DNA from: an uncultured Gammaproteobacteria bacterium
GTDB lineage: Bacteria > Patescibacteriota > Patescibacteriia > UBA9934 > GWF2-40-263
Assembly: GCA_964374035.1 (NCBI GenBank)
Contig: CAYJWY010000002.1
Span: forward strand, 1-50,588
Direction: 5' to 3'
Length of the DNA stretch: 50,588 nt
Part shown: in pieces, positions 16,903 through 26,837 of the stretch
How the letters are laid out: each line of letters begins with the position of its first letter
How positions within the stretch are numbered: the stretch's first letter is position 1
Translations under genes and position numbers: made by a program
The notes under the pieces: model-generated
What the model saw: only the letters and a program-made list of their open reading frames with translations
What the model was told of the DNA's origin: nothing
Database searches by the model: none

Positions 16903-18501
16903 ATGCGAATCTTCCTTGCTCTATTTTTTTGTTTGAGTCCTCTGAGCGCTCTTGCCGCAATCACGGAGGATTCCGATGTCTCGCAAGACTCCTCAAAAGA
17001 GGATGTCGCATTTTTGAGACCCTCGATTTCCGAGGTGAATCGAACGCTTGTCTGCCCGCAAAAGAACCAGTGTCAAGCTGTCTTCATCATCAAGGGACGC
17101 AATTTTGAAAACGCAAACGGCGTTGGTGCCGTGAGGATCGCAGACGATTGGGCCGAAGTTGTGAAATGGACGCCAACGTCCATCGTGGCGATCACCGATG
17201 AGCAGAACCTCGATCGACAGCCCGCCGTGACAGTTGACACGTCCATCCATCGGCCTGAACTTCTCACAGATGATCCCGTCTTGAATGAAATGTTTAAGGA
17301 GTCAATCCAGGTGGCCATCGACTCGATTCGCATTGCGCCTGATCAAACGCGTTACGTGACTGCCGGTCCTTATTACACAAGCCCGGAGCGCGTCTATTAT
17401 CGTGATAGCTACTGGACGTCCGGGCTCATTTTGCTCATAGAACCTTCAGTGATTCGTGATCAGATCTTGTTACTGGCAAGCGGAATCGAATCAAACGGAT
17501 CCGCACCGAGCGCTCTACCCGTGAATCCCGATGACAGAAAAATTCCACTTTGGGTCGATCACTACGACTCGGGTTCGTATTTCGTCATGCTTGTACGAGA
17601 TTACCTCGCCTGGACAGGAGATACGAGCATCCTTGCAGAACGTGTGAAAAATCGGACGATCTTTGAGACGATGGAGGACGCACTCACGTATGTATCGACC
17701 AGGGATACAGACGGCAACCTGCTCATTGATAAACCCGATGATCGAGCGCTCAACGATTGGGCCGACAGCATTCCGCGACCCGGAGAGGTGTTGTACAATC
17801 AGGCACTCTTCTACAAGGCAATGCGCGACATGGTGGACGTTGCGAAACTGTTCAAGCAACCATCACACGCAACCGTGTTTCATCGTCAGTCACTGCTCCT
17901 GCGCCATCGCATCAACGAGCGACTGTGGAATGACGAAAAAGGGTACTATTACGAACGTTGTGATAAAACGGGATGTGTCGATCGTCTTACCAACGACTCA
18001 TCCGTTGCCGCACTTTACGATGTGATCGATCCAGCCAACAAGCAACGTTTCCTCAATAGCCTGCTTGAGCTTGAATCTCGCAGAAACAATAACATCGGGT
18101 ATGGCGACTGGGGCGTGAGCAATGTGTTTCCGTTTTACGAAGGAACCAAGGCGTACTTTTATCAAAACGGAACCGACTGGCCGTTTCTCGACGGCATTAA
18201 CGCCGGAGCTCGATTAAGGGCTGGTGACGCAAACTGGTATTACCCGATGACGCAGTGGTGGATTTATTGGAAATCTACAAAACGTCAGGGTGTCATGCCT
18301 GAATACGTCTCGGTGATCGACGACAAACCCGGCCTCTCGCAAGCCTGGTCTGTAAATCCGATGTTTTCGTTTGTTCGATACGGACTCGGTTTCGATCCGG
18401 ATATCAACGGGAACTACACGATCAAGTCATCGCCGATTAAAACGTTGGATGTCAAAAATTTCTTCGTGAGAGGGAAGCGGATCGAACGGACGATCCAATA
18501 G
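16903..18501 (+). CDS. Secreted (alpha/alpha)6-barrel glycoside-hydrolase-like protein (GDE_C/GH15/GH63-type) with an N-terminal IPT/TIG-like module
   Basis: Signal peptide MRIFLALFFCLSPLSALA. Motifs YYRDSYWTSG, NDWADS, LYNQALFYKAMRDM, WNDEKGYYYE and YQNGTDWPFLDG. Confidence 0.5.
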   Translation: MRIFLALFFCLSPLSALAAITEDSDVSQDSSKEDVAFLRPSISEVNRTLVCPQKNQCQAVFIIKGRNFENANGVGAVRIADDWAEVVKWTPTSIVAITDEQNLDRQPAVTVDTSIHRPELLTDDPVLNEMFKESIQVAIDSIRIAPDQTRYVTAGPYYTSPERVYYRDSYWTSGLILLIEPSVIRDQILLLASGIESNGSAPSALPVNPDDRKIPLWVDHYDSGSYFVMLVRDYLAWTGDTSILAERVKNRTIFETMEDALTYVSTRDTDGNLLIDKPDDRALNDWADSIPRPGEVLYNQALFYKAMRDMVDVAKLFKQPSHATVFHRQSLLLRHRINERLWNDEKGYYYERCDKTGCVDRLTNDSSVAALYDVIDPANKQRFLNSLLELESRRNNNIGYGDWGVSNVFPFYEGTKAYFYQNGTDWPFLDGINAGARLRAGDANWYYPMTQWWIYWKSTKRQGVMPEYVSVIDDKPGLSQAWSVNPMFSFVRYGLGFDPDINGNYTIKSSPIKTLDVKNFFVRGKRIERTIQ

Positions 18502-18507
18502 CAAAAT

Positions 18508-18558
18508 GGGGTCAGGTCCGACTACCGACTTTTTTAGTCGGTAGTCGGACCTGACCCC
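18508..18558. repeat. REPIN-like doublet: two inverted REPs forming a perfect 23-bp hairpin with a TTTTT loop; likely also a bidirectional terminator
   Basis: GGGGTCAGGTCCGACTACCGACT-TTTTT-AGTCGGTAGTCGGACCTGACCCC, lying between convergent genes. Confidence 0.9.
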
Positions 18559-18584
18559 AAAACGAAAAACGCCGCAAGGCGTTC

Positions 18585-19448
18585 TTATGTTAGATCTTCT
18601 TGTTTGAAATCAGGATGTCCGTTCACGAATGCTTGCATCGACTGTGACTGCTTTCCTTCAACCTGCACTCTTATGATGTCGAGACGACCATCGTCTATCA
18701 CTGCGGTCTCGAGAATTTTCAGTCGTTGTCCTTTCCACGTCGTCCATGTGCCGGGCCATGGTTCCATGGCGCGAACCTGACGATCGATTTCGACAGGCGT
18801 CCGTTTCCAATCGATACGTCCATCCTCGCGATTGAGAATGTTTGTCACACTCGCGAGCGTGTCGTCTTGTGGTGTAGGTTTGATGTCGCCTCGCGCGTAA
18901 GCCTTGAGCGTCTGCACAAGCAAATCCGGGCCGATCGCCATCACCTTATTCTCAAGCGTTGTGTTCGTTTCTCGCGAATCTATGGCGATTATTTGCTGAG
19001 TAAGGACCGGCCCTGTATCCATACCTGCGTCCAGGAGCATGATCGAGATCCCTGTTTGCGTCTCGCCCTTGAGGATCGCGGTCTTCATCGGTGATGGGCC
19101 TCGGTACTTCGGCAGGAGTGAGGGGTGGACGTTCACGATGCCAAGCGGGGCAATGTCAAGCACGGCCTGTGGAAGAATATTGCCATACACAACGAGGACA
19201 AATGCGTCTGCGTTGAAGGTTTTCAAGGTTTCGACGACCGAAGGATCTCGAAGCGTTTCGAACTGGAAGACGGGAATTTCACGAGCCATGGCAGTCCGCT
19301 TTACGGCTGGCGCTGACAGTTCTTGTTTTCGACCAACGGGTTTATCACTCTGACAAACAACAGCGACGACCTCCATCTCGGGGTCGTCGATCAAATGTTC
19401 AAGAAAGGGAACGGAGAATTCGGGGGTTCCGAAGAAAATGATTTTCAT
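18585..19448 (-). CDS. fmt: Methionyl-tRNA formyltransferase
   Basis: MKIIFFGTPEFSVP, HPSLLPKYRGPSP, and conserved def-fmt synteny. Confidence 0.92.
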   Translation of the reverse strand: MKIIFFGTPEFSVPFLEHLIDDPEMEVVAVVCQSDKPVGRKQELSAPAVKRTAMAREIPVFQFETLRDPSVVETLKTFNADAFVLVVYGNILPQAVLDIAPLGIVNVHPSLLPKYRGPSPMKTAILKGETQTGISIMLLDAGMDTGPVLTQQIIAIDSRETNTTLENKVMAIGPDLLVQTLKAYARGDIKPTPQDDTLASVTNILNREDGRIDWKRTPVEIDRQVRAMEPWPGTWTTWKGQRLKILETAVIDDGRLDIIRVQVEGKQSQSMQAFVNGHPDFKQEDLT

Positions 19449-19945
19449 AACACGTTTGTCGGTGGCTTTGTGTAACGCACAACCTTGTCGATGAAGAGCG
19501 TTCCGTTCAGGTGGTCGATCTCATGTTGAAACACGGTTGCAGGGAAACCTTCCGCTTTGATTTCGACTTGATCACCGTTTGGTAACATCGCACCAACCTT
19601 CACACGCTTGTGTCGTCGAACAATGCCAAACACACCCGGGACGGAGAGACAACCTTCCTCGCTGTCGACCTGTGAACGTGACGCGGAAAGAATTTCAGGA
19701 TTCAAGAACGCTTGTGGTCCGTCTTCTCCCATATCGACAATGATGAGTCGCTTGCGCACACCGATCTGAGGCGCGGCGATCCCGACGCCATTCTCGACCT
19801 TCATCGTATCGATCAGGTCCGCAATCAGCTTCGTGAGCTGTGGTGTTTTATGTTCCGATACCAAGATTGTCTCCGAAGGAATGCGGAGATCATCGCTTGG
19901 ATTTGTGAGGACGGGGATGGCACTCATAGCGCAGGACGTTAACAA
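19445..19945 (-). CDS. def: Peptide deformylase
   Basis: GIAAPQIGV, EGCLSVPG, HEIDHLNG. An alternative start is Met7 at 19927. Confidence 0.92.
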   Translation of the reverse strand: MLTSCAMSAIPVLTNPSDDLRIPSETILVSEHKTPQLTKLIADLIDTMKVENGVGIAAPQIGVRKRLIIVDMGEDGPQAFLNPEILSASRSQVDSEEGCLSVPGVFGIVRRHKRVKVGAMLPNGDQVEIKAEGFPATVFQHEIDHLNGTLFIDKVVRYTKPPTNVL

Positions 19946-21762
19946 GAAAAAACGTTTGTGTCAATGATATATTGATCATCGAGTGACGTGAAGAGGGTGA
20001 GAAGTTGGTTGACGTGTTCATCGAGAACACCCAGTTCGATGTGCCAGTGATGTTTGTCGTCAAAGATGGGGCCGACGACGCTTAGATCGATGCCGAGATC
20101 AGCGATTTTTTTCGACAGGATCCCGGCTTGGAGTTCTGCTTTGCGCGCTTCTTCGTCTTCAAATGAAATTTGCATCCATCGGCGTTTGGGTGGCAGATCG
20201 AGTGCGGCACGCTCAGCGAGTTCTTGCTCAAGCACGGCCTGCGGATTTGCGTAGAAGTCCTGAAAGAGTTCGGGCGAGTCTGTTTGAAGCATGAATTGCG
20301 CGCGATGTGCGTACGCAAATCCTCGCCATTCTTCGATGCGTTGAAGCGTCTTTTCGAGCGCACGAAAGGTTGGTGTGAAGAGTGGAGCGTCCGCGTCGAG
20401 CACAACGACGAGGCCAATGCGAGATGGCGCAAACGGATTGAAGTGTTGCTCATAGTAATACTGCGTCACGAGAAGAATTTGGTGATCGCTGAGTTCTGGA
20501 TGATCCTTGTCGACGATTGCGACTGGAACATTAAACAAAAGCGCGAGAACTTGGGCGACACGCTGGTTGCCAAATCCCTTCTCGAAAATAGTTGTCGAGC
20601 GACAATTTGGGCAGGAAAGGGGAATGGGGCCGACATGGGAACAACGCGTACAGCTCACGGTGTGCGACCAGGCGCGTAGCATGCCGTCGCAGTTGGGACA
20701 CAAGAAGGCGTGCTTGCACGCTTGGCAGGAGAGTTGCTGTGCAATGCCTTTGCGGTTGTACACACAGACGACCGTTTTCTTTTCCTCAAGGGCCTTCGCT
20801 ATTTCCATTGAAACCGAGTAGCTGACAACGGGATGCGGCGAGGCTTGTTTCTCCGTGCGTTTGTTAACGATCGTAATGGGAGTTGATGGGCCTTGTGAGA
20901 TGATATTGGTTGTCGAAAATGTCGTCAGATCGTCAACGCGTGGGACGGAATCGAAAAAGAAGACGTTTGTTTGGAAACGTTGGGCGATGCCAAGTGCGGT
21001 GAGACGCGCGTCGAAACGCGGATTGCAGTCGGATTGTTTGTGCGACTTGTGTCCACTGCGTACGACGAAGATGGTTGTGATGGTTGGGTCGACGAGAAGG
21101 AGAGCGAGCTTGGTGCCAACCAGAACGCCATGCGTTTGCTTACGATAGGCCTGCCAAATCGCGAAGCGTTCGTTGTTGGACTCTGCTCCTGTGAGCGATC
21201 CGTTCGCGCCGGGAAGATACGCCTCAAGCCACTTTACATCGCGCACGGTTGGTGCAACGACGAGACATTTTTGCTCTGGATGCCGTTCGAGGAACTTCGC
21301 GATCACGGCCGTCGAGCGTCGCAGGTCACTGGCGTGAACAAACGCAAATCGTCGTCGAAAAAGTTCTTCCGCGTTGCGACGAATTGTGTATCCTTCATCG
21401 CTTGGGATCGTGAGTTCGCGCTTCATGAGCGGTGCGTGTGTCTGTCCTGCTCGTTTCGGCGGACGTGGCAATGCGTGATACAACATGCTTGGAACGGATT
21501 GCGCAAGATCAAACGCGAGCCATTCAAAAAAAGAGAGTTCATCCTCCCTCAAGGCGTAGCCCGTTGTCGACGCCACAGATTTTAGTTCGATCCCGCGCAA
21601 GGACTGATTCTTTGTGCGCGCAACCACGCCGTACACGGTCATCTCACGAAAGGGGATCGTGACGATGTCGCCGCGCTGTACGACAAAGTCGTCCGGAACG
21701 AGATAATCGAACACGGTGCATTTTCTGGGCATGCGCTTGAGTGGATAGACTTGCGCGATCAT
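19939..21762 (-). CDS. priA: PriA-like primosomal protein N' lacking Walker A and DEEH ATPase motifs
   Basis: N-terminal 3'-DNA-binding-like segment (FDYLVPDDFVVQRGDIVTIPFREMTVYGVVA). Cys-rich zinc region CQACKHAFLCPNCDG...CTRCSH...CPNC. priA-def-fmt synteny. The expected GxGKT is ASDLRRST and DEEH is RSGH. Confidence 0.7.
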   Translation of the reverse strand: MIAQVYPLKRMPRKCTVFDYLVPDDFVVQRGDIVTIPFREMTVYGVVARTKNQSLRGIELKSVASTTGYALREDELSFFEWLAFDLAQSVPSMLYHALPRPPKRAGQTHAPLMKRELTIPSDEGYTIRRNAEELFRRRFAFVHASDLRRSTAVIAKFLERHPEQKCLVVAPTVRDVKWLEAYLPGANGSLTGAESNNERFAIWQAYRKQTHGVLVGTKLALLLVDPTITTIFVVRSGHKSHKQSDCNPRFDARLTALGIAQRFQTNVFFFDSVPRVDDLTTFSTTNIISQGPSTPITIVNKRTEKQASPHPVVSYSVSMEIAKALEEKKTVVCVYNRKGIAQQLSCQACKHAFLCPNCDGMLRAWSHTVSCTRCSHVGPIPLSCPNCRSTTIFEKGFGNQRVAQVLALLFNVPVAIVDKDHPELSDHQILLVTQYYYEQHFNPFAPSRIGLVVVLDADAPLFTPTFRALEKTLQRIEEWRGFAYAHRAQFMLQTDSPELFQDFYANPQAVLEQELAERAALDLPPKRRWMQISFEDEEARKAELQAGILSKKIADLGIDLSVVGPIFDDKHHWHIELGVLDEHVNQLLTLFTSLDDQYIIDTNVFSC

Positions 21763-22553
21763 GTGGTTGCGAGACGAAAATTTGCCACAAGATATCCCAC
21801 GCCGTGCGGTGCTTCATAGGAAAGAATTTCCGGACGAACATGCATGCGTTCAAGGATGCCGAAAAAAATGAGGAGCGGACGATAGGCACACTCAGATGAT
21901 TCTTTGACTACCTTCGAAGAAATTTTTAACAACTTTGCACTCGAAACATTTTTGACCGCCTCAAGAACCGCATCATCAAACACGCGGCCTTCTTTTTTGA
22001 ATCCAACGGGAGCGTCCGATGTGAGCGCGTGCGACAAATCGCCAGAGGCAATCACGGCGATGCGTTTTGCGGAATCCGCAAAGAGTTCCTTCAAGATGCG
22101 GCCGAATGCGAGATGCATCTTTGTATCAAGTCCACTGTAAACAATGGGAACAATCTTCGTGTTCAGTTTTTTGGTTAACAAAAGCAGTGGAACACCTGGA
22201 CCATATTCCAGCGTTGCGTTCGAGGTGAAGGTACACGCGACGTTCTCTGTACGCATCGTTCGACGCAACAATGCCGCGAGTTCAAGATCCGGTTTGAATT
22301 CCTTCGTCGTCGCGTGATCCCCAAATTGCGCAAGCGAGACGTGATAGCTCTCGTGCAAGTTCACGGCAAACGCGTCTTGGTGTATATCACTGTGCGATGC
22401 AATCGTAACGATGACATCCGGTTTCGCGAGTTCGAGAGCCTCAGCTAATCCTGCCATCGCTTCGAGCGTGTCATCAAAATCATGGTAACGATCTTTACTG
22501 ATCGATTCGATGAGAAGCGGGGAATGCGGAACAAACGCGGAGAAGACAATCAT
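21759..22553 (-). CDS. LigB/class III extradiol dioxygenase-fold (Memo-like) protein
   Basis: MIVFSAFVPHSPLL... and IASHSD. Size and pattern are typical of this fold. The call is from memory of the family only. Confidence 0.45.
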   Translation of the reverse strand: MIVFSAFVPHSPLLIESISKDRYHDFDDTLEAMAGLAEALELAKPDVIVTIASHSDIHQDAFAVNLHESYHVSLAQFGDHATTKEFKPDLELAALLRRTMRTENVACTFTSNATLEYGPGVPLLLLTKKLNTKIVPIVYSGLDTKMHLAFGRILKELFADSAKRIAVIASGDLSHALTSDAPVGFKKEGRVFDDAVLEAVKNVSSAKLLKISSKVVKESSECAYRPLLIFFGILERMHVRPEILSYEAPHGVGYLVANFRLATT

Positions 22554-23965
22554 AGGCCGGCGGTGGTTAGTTCAGAGATCTCCTCTTGTGGAATCAACGT
22601 TGAGACAGGATCACCCAGCGGACTCAACAAGACAGAGCGTTCGTTGGTCCAGATGATTTGATTCCACTTCCATCCATACGAAAGAAACGTAACCTCATCG
22701 ACAATGGGATGTCTGAGACCGTCGGCGATCACAAAGACATCCGGTGAACCCACGACCGCAACGAGCGTTCCGTCAGGGAAGGTGAGTGGATCAGCCGTTG
22801 CATAGGCGTCGAGATCTGCGGAGGCGACGGGAAAAATTTCGGAAGGGATTTTATAAGCTTCCAGCAATTGCTTGGACATGATCGGATGCTTCTTGCCGTT
22901 CTTAACGAAGAACACGCCGCCTGTTGATTTGTTTTGCAAGAGTGCGCCTTGTGGATACACGTCGCTGGTCGTAATGGGTTCTCCTTCACGAAACACTTCG
23001 AGATCTGTCCAGTCGACATCAATGACTTCATCTGGATCGTAGCCAAGTTTACGAAACGCCTCCGGAGTGCTGAATCCTCGGCGTGTGTCGTCAACGATCA
23101 GGTACACCGTTCCGCGAGGCGAGCGTAAGAGCGAATAATTTGGGAAGGCAATGGGTGTGCCGATCGGATAGAGTTCGAGTTGCGATGGCGTGGCTTGCAC
23201 AACTTGATGCTCATTGAATCGACTCTGGAATGCCGCGCGTGACTGGATGGGACGACGTACGCCATGTTGTATGAGCCAGATGCCACCCGATGTTGAATCT
23301 TGCAGTAAGGATCCGGTGAGATAGTTACGCGTAAACCAACGCGTCCAAATCGTGACGAAGTTTTTGTTTCCGTGCAGGTGTGGTGTGTAGGTGTACAGCG
23401 CGCTGGTGACCTTGTTTACAGGAACCACAACGGTTCCGTCGATGAGCGTTGCTCTGCCCGGACCAACACCTGACTCGGTGAATCCACGACGCGTGAGATC
23501 GACGAGATAGTTTTGTCGGATACGTTGCGCGGCGTAATAGACTTGTTTTCCGAATCCTTTAAATTTTTGAATGCGTGGATCCGACTTTGCGCAATCGTCG
23601 CACACGCTGTAGCCCATCGCCCAATCGAGTTGATCTTGACTTGGCGCGTCGTCTTCCACAAGGCTTTGTTCTCGTTGCAACAGGACGAGGAGAAATTTTG
23701 GGTTCAGTTGAAACGCTTGTGCGGCGTCCCAAATGATTTGTGATGCGGGTACGCGCAAACCGTTGACATCTTCTGTGACGAGCGAGCCAAGATAGCCACG
23801 CGTGAGAAATTGATTCAGTTCTGTACGTGTCATCGCGGATGCATCAAAAAATTCTTCGTCGGAAAGTAATTCGTGGGGATTAAAAACGACGTCCGCCAAG
23901 CCAGCCGACGTCGAAATCGGGGAAAGAAGCAGGATAAAAATAACAAGCGGGACGAGCTGTTTCAT
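22550..23965 (-). CDS. Secreted hypothetical protein with four internal ~25-aa repeats
   Basis: Signal peptide MKQLVPLVIFILLLSPISTSA. Repeats: GGIWLIQHGVRRPIQS, GTVYLIVDDTRRGFSTPEAF, GGVFFVKNGKKHPIMSKQLL, DVFVIADGLRHPIVDEVTF. Confidence 0.65.
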   Translation of the reverse strand: MKQLVPLVIFILLLSPISTSAGLADVVFNPHELLSDEEFFDASAMTRTELNQFLTRGYLGSLVTEDVNGLRVPASQIIWDAAQAFQLNPKFLLVLLQREQSLVEDDAPSQDQLDWAMGYSVCDDCAKSDPRIQKFKGFGKQVYYAAQRIRQNYLVDLTRRGFTESGVGPGRATLIDGTVVVPVNKVTSALYTYTPHLHGNKNFVTIWTRWFTRNYLTGSLLQDSTSGGIWLIQHGVRRPIQSRAAFQSRFNEHQVVQATPSQLELYPIGTPIAFPNYSLLRSPRGTVYLIVDDTRRGFSTPEAFRKLGYDPDEVIDVDWTDLEVFREGEPITTSDVYPQGALLQNKSTGGVFFVKNGKKHPIMSKQLLEAYKIPSEIFPVASADLDAYATADPLTFPDGTLVAVVGSPDVFVIADGLRHPIVDEVTFLSYGWKWNQIIWTNERSVLLSPLGDPVSTLIPQEEISELTTAGL

Positions 23966-23974
23966 GTGACCCTA

Positions 23975-26647
23975 TTATACCACAGCTTTTTCGCGAGCCA
24001 CGGCCTGTGCCGTGATCGTAATTTCCCCTTGTTTGGCTCCAATGGTGACGATGGAATCCTCAGAAACCTCGCCCGTGACGATCTTCATGGCGAGGCCATC
24101 TAGGATCTCAGACTGAATCACGCGCTTGAGCGGTCGCGCGCCGTAGGAAGGATCGTACCCCTTTTCAGCGAGCAGTTTTTTTGCAGGCTCAGAGATGCGG
24201 AGCGTGATTCCGCGTTGTTTCATCAGACGTGCTGAAACGATACGCAACTGCATCTCAACGATGTCTGCGATGTTTTGTTCATTGAGCGAGTGAAAGATGA
24301 TGACGTCGTCGATGCGGTTGAGAAATTCAGGGCGGAAGTAATCCTTGAGCATGCCCATGATCTGCACGCGCGTCGCTTCGTCGCCTGTACGATCGTGCAT
24401 CTCACTATTGAAGCCCATTTCCTCCATCCTTGATCCTGAACTCAAAATCAAATCAGAACCGATGTTACTCGTCATGATGATGACCGTGTTTTTGAAATTC
24501 ACTTTGCGACCCTTCGCGTCTGTGAGATGTCCGTCGTCGAGAATCTGCAACAAGATGTTGAACGTGTCCGGATGTGCCTTCTCGATTTCGTCGAAAAGAA
24601 GAACGCTGTACGGTTTGCGTCGAACAATTTCTGTAAGCTGTCCGCCTTCATCATAACCGACGTATCCGGGAGGGGAGCCGAGGATCTTTGAAATCGAGTG
24701 CTTCTCCATGTACTCGGACATATCGAGACGCACGAGCGCAGACTCGTCGTTAAACATAAACTCGGCAAGCGTGCGCGCGAGTTCGGTTTTTCCAACACCG
24801 GTAGGTCCAAGAAAAATAAACGAACCGATCGGTCGATGCTCTTCACCGATGCCGGCGCGAGATCGACGAAGCGCGTTGGACACCGCCTTAATAGCCTCCT
24901 CCTGTCCCACAAGTCGTTTCGTGAGTTCATCTTCCATGCGAGCAAGCTTTTCCATTTCCGACTCGAGCATTTTTGAAACCGGAACGTGCGTCCAGCGCGC
25001 GACAACGGTTGCGACATCTTCTTCACCGATCACGCCCTTGAGCAGTCCACGCTCGGCTTGGAGTTGTGTGAGCGCTTTCTCCGCATCGCGTAATTTTATT
25101 TCTTGCGCGGGAATTTTTCCGTAACGAATCTCCGCAACCTTCTCAAGATCACCGCGTCGTTCCTCAAGCTCAGCCTCGGCGCGGAGTCGATCGATTGCGG
25201 CTTTCACCTCCTGCAGGGTCGCAATCTTTTCCTTCTCGTTTTTCCACCGCGCCTCCAGTCCTCCGGCGGATTCACGAAGATCCGCAAGTTGCTTTTCGAT
25301 TTCTCCCAGGCGTGCGCGCGAATCCTTGTCGTCTTCTTTTTGCAATGCCTTCTGTTCGATTTCCAGGCGCATGATGTCGCGCTTAAACACGTCGAGTTCC
25401 TCAGGCATCGAGTCGATTTGCATGCGTAAAGCCGACGCGGCCTCATCGATCAAATCGACCGCTTTGTCAGGTAGAAATCGTTCTGTGATGTAACGATGCG
25501 AAAGTTGCGCGGCCGCAACAATCGCCGGATCGCTGATGCGAACGCCGTGGTGTAACTCGTACTTTTCCTTGATTCCACGCAAGATCGCGATGGTATCCTC
25601 GACACTTGGTTCTTCAACGACCACGGGTTGAAAACGGCGTTCAAGCGCTTGATCTTTTTCAATGTGCTTTTGATATTCCTTCAAGGTGGTTGCCCCAATC
25701 GCGCGTAGCTTTCCTCGAGCAAGCGCCGGCTTCAACATATTGGACGCATCGAGCGATCCGCCTTCCGTGGTTCCCGCACCGACAAGGGTATGCAACTCAT
25801 CAATAAATAAAATCATGCGGCCGTGCGCGTCTTCGATTTCTTTGACAACGGCTTTCAATCGATCTTCAAACTCTCCGCGATACTTTGTTCCCGCAACCAT
25901 CGATCCGATATCAAGGGTGATGATCGTCTTGTCACGCAGGAGTTCCGGCACATCGCCTGACGCAATACGTTGCGCAAGCCCTTCAACGATCGCGGTCTTT
26001 CCCACACCGGCCTCTCCGATTAAAACCGGATTATTTTTTGTACGACGTGAAAGCACTTGCATCACGCGACGGATCTCACTATCGCGCCCGATGATGGGAT
26101 CGATCTCGCCGCGCCGCGCGCTTTGTGTGAGATCGAAACCGTATTTCTGCAGGGCCTGATAGCGTGACTCCGGCTCTGGTGAATCCACTCGTTGCGTACC
26201 ACGGATATCTTTGAGCGCAACCATCACCTTGTCTTCGTCGATGTCGTATGTTTTTAACAAACGACCAATCGCTTTGTTTGTGATCAATCCCAAAAACAAA
26301 TGCTCCGTCGAAATAAAATCATCCTTAAACGTCTTCGATTTTTTGTGCGCATTCGATAGCACGGTGGCCATCTGCTGACTCATGAAAATCTGTGCAACGC
26401 CACCCGTTCCGGGAAAGCCGTGCTGTTGAACGGGAAGGGAATTGAGAATCTCTTCAATCTCGTTGCGCAGTTCAGCCTTCAGTGGCGAGACTTTGTCGAC
26501 GATCGATGTGACAACACCGTCATCTTGTGCCATCAGCGCCGCAAGAAGATGAATCGGCTCGAGCGCCTGCTGACCATGTTCAACGGCAATACCATGAGCC
26601 ATCTGCAAAGCCTCCTGAGATTTCAAGGTAAAGTTATTGGGCATCAT
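23975..26647 (-). CDS. clpB: AAA+ disaggregase chaperone ClpB
   Basis: Clp_N repeats, Walker A GEAGVGKT and GPTGVGKT, and a long middle coiled coil. I chose the start at MMPNNF (26647); the track ORF extends to 26740 with a non-conserved 31-aa leader. Confidence 0.93.
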   Translation of the reverse strand: MMPNNFTLKSQEALQMAHGIAVEHGQQALEPIHLLAALMAQDDGVVTSIVDKVSPLKAELRNEIEEILNSLPVQQHGFPGTGGVAQIFMSQQMATVLSNAHKKSKTFKDDFISTEHLFLGLITNKAIGRLLKTYDIDEDKVMVALKDIRGTQRVDSPEPESRYQALQKYGFDLTQSARRGEIDPIIGRDSEIRRVMQVLSRRTKNNPVLIGEAGVGKTAIVEGLAQRIASGDVPELLRDKTIITLDIGSMVAGTKYRGEFEDRLKAVVKEIEDAHGRMILFIDELHTLVGAGTTEGGSLDASNMLKPALARGKLRAIGATTLKEYQKHIEKDQALERRFQPVVVEEPSVEDTIAILRGIKEKYELHHGVRISDPAIVAAAQLSHRYITERFLPDKAVDLIDEAASALRMQIDSMPEELDVFKRDIMRLEIEQKALQKEDDKDSRARLGEIEKQLADLRESAGGLEARWKNEKEKIATLQEVKAAIDRLRAEAELEERRGDLEKVAEIRYGKIPAQEIKLRDAEKALTQLQAERGLLKGVIGEEDVATVVARWTHVPVSKMLESEMEKLARMEDELTKRLVGQEEAIKAVSNALRRSRAGIGEEHRPIGSFIFLGPTGVGKTELARTLAEFMFNDESALVRLDMSEYMEKHSISKILGSPPGYVGYDEGGQLTEIVRRKPYSVLLFDEIEKAHPDTFNILLQILDDGHLTDAKGRKVNFKNTVIIMTSNIGSDLILSSGSRMEEMGFNSEMHDRTGDEATRVQIMGMLKDYFRPEFLNRIDDVIIFHSLNEQNIADIVEMQLRIVSARLMKQRGITLRISEPAKKLLAEKGYDPSYGARPLKRVIQSEILDGLAMKIVTGEVSEDSIVTIGAKQGEITITAQAVAREKAVV

Positions 26648-26837
26648 AAAAATGGGGTTAACAGTCTCTAAATACTCCCTGAGCCCGTCGAAGGGGAATG
26701 CGGTTGCGGCCTTCGACCACACTCCGCGCGCCGTCGCCATAGCGCTTTGGCGCGTCGGTGACTAAAGCTTCGAGTGGCGAGCAGGCTCAGGCGATATTGT
26801 TCGTTCTATGGTACCATTTTTTCTATCTATGCGACAC

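Noticed and set aside
26648-26807. Heat-shock operator (CIRCE/HAIR) or RNA thermometer upstream of clpB. A GTCGAAGG/CCTTCGAC 8-bp inverted repeat lies around 26688-26718.
   Set aside because: There is no match to TTAGCACTC-N9-GAGTGCTAA or CTTGAGT-N7-ACTCAAG. A single short stem is not enough evidence.
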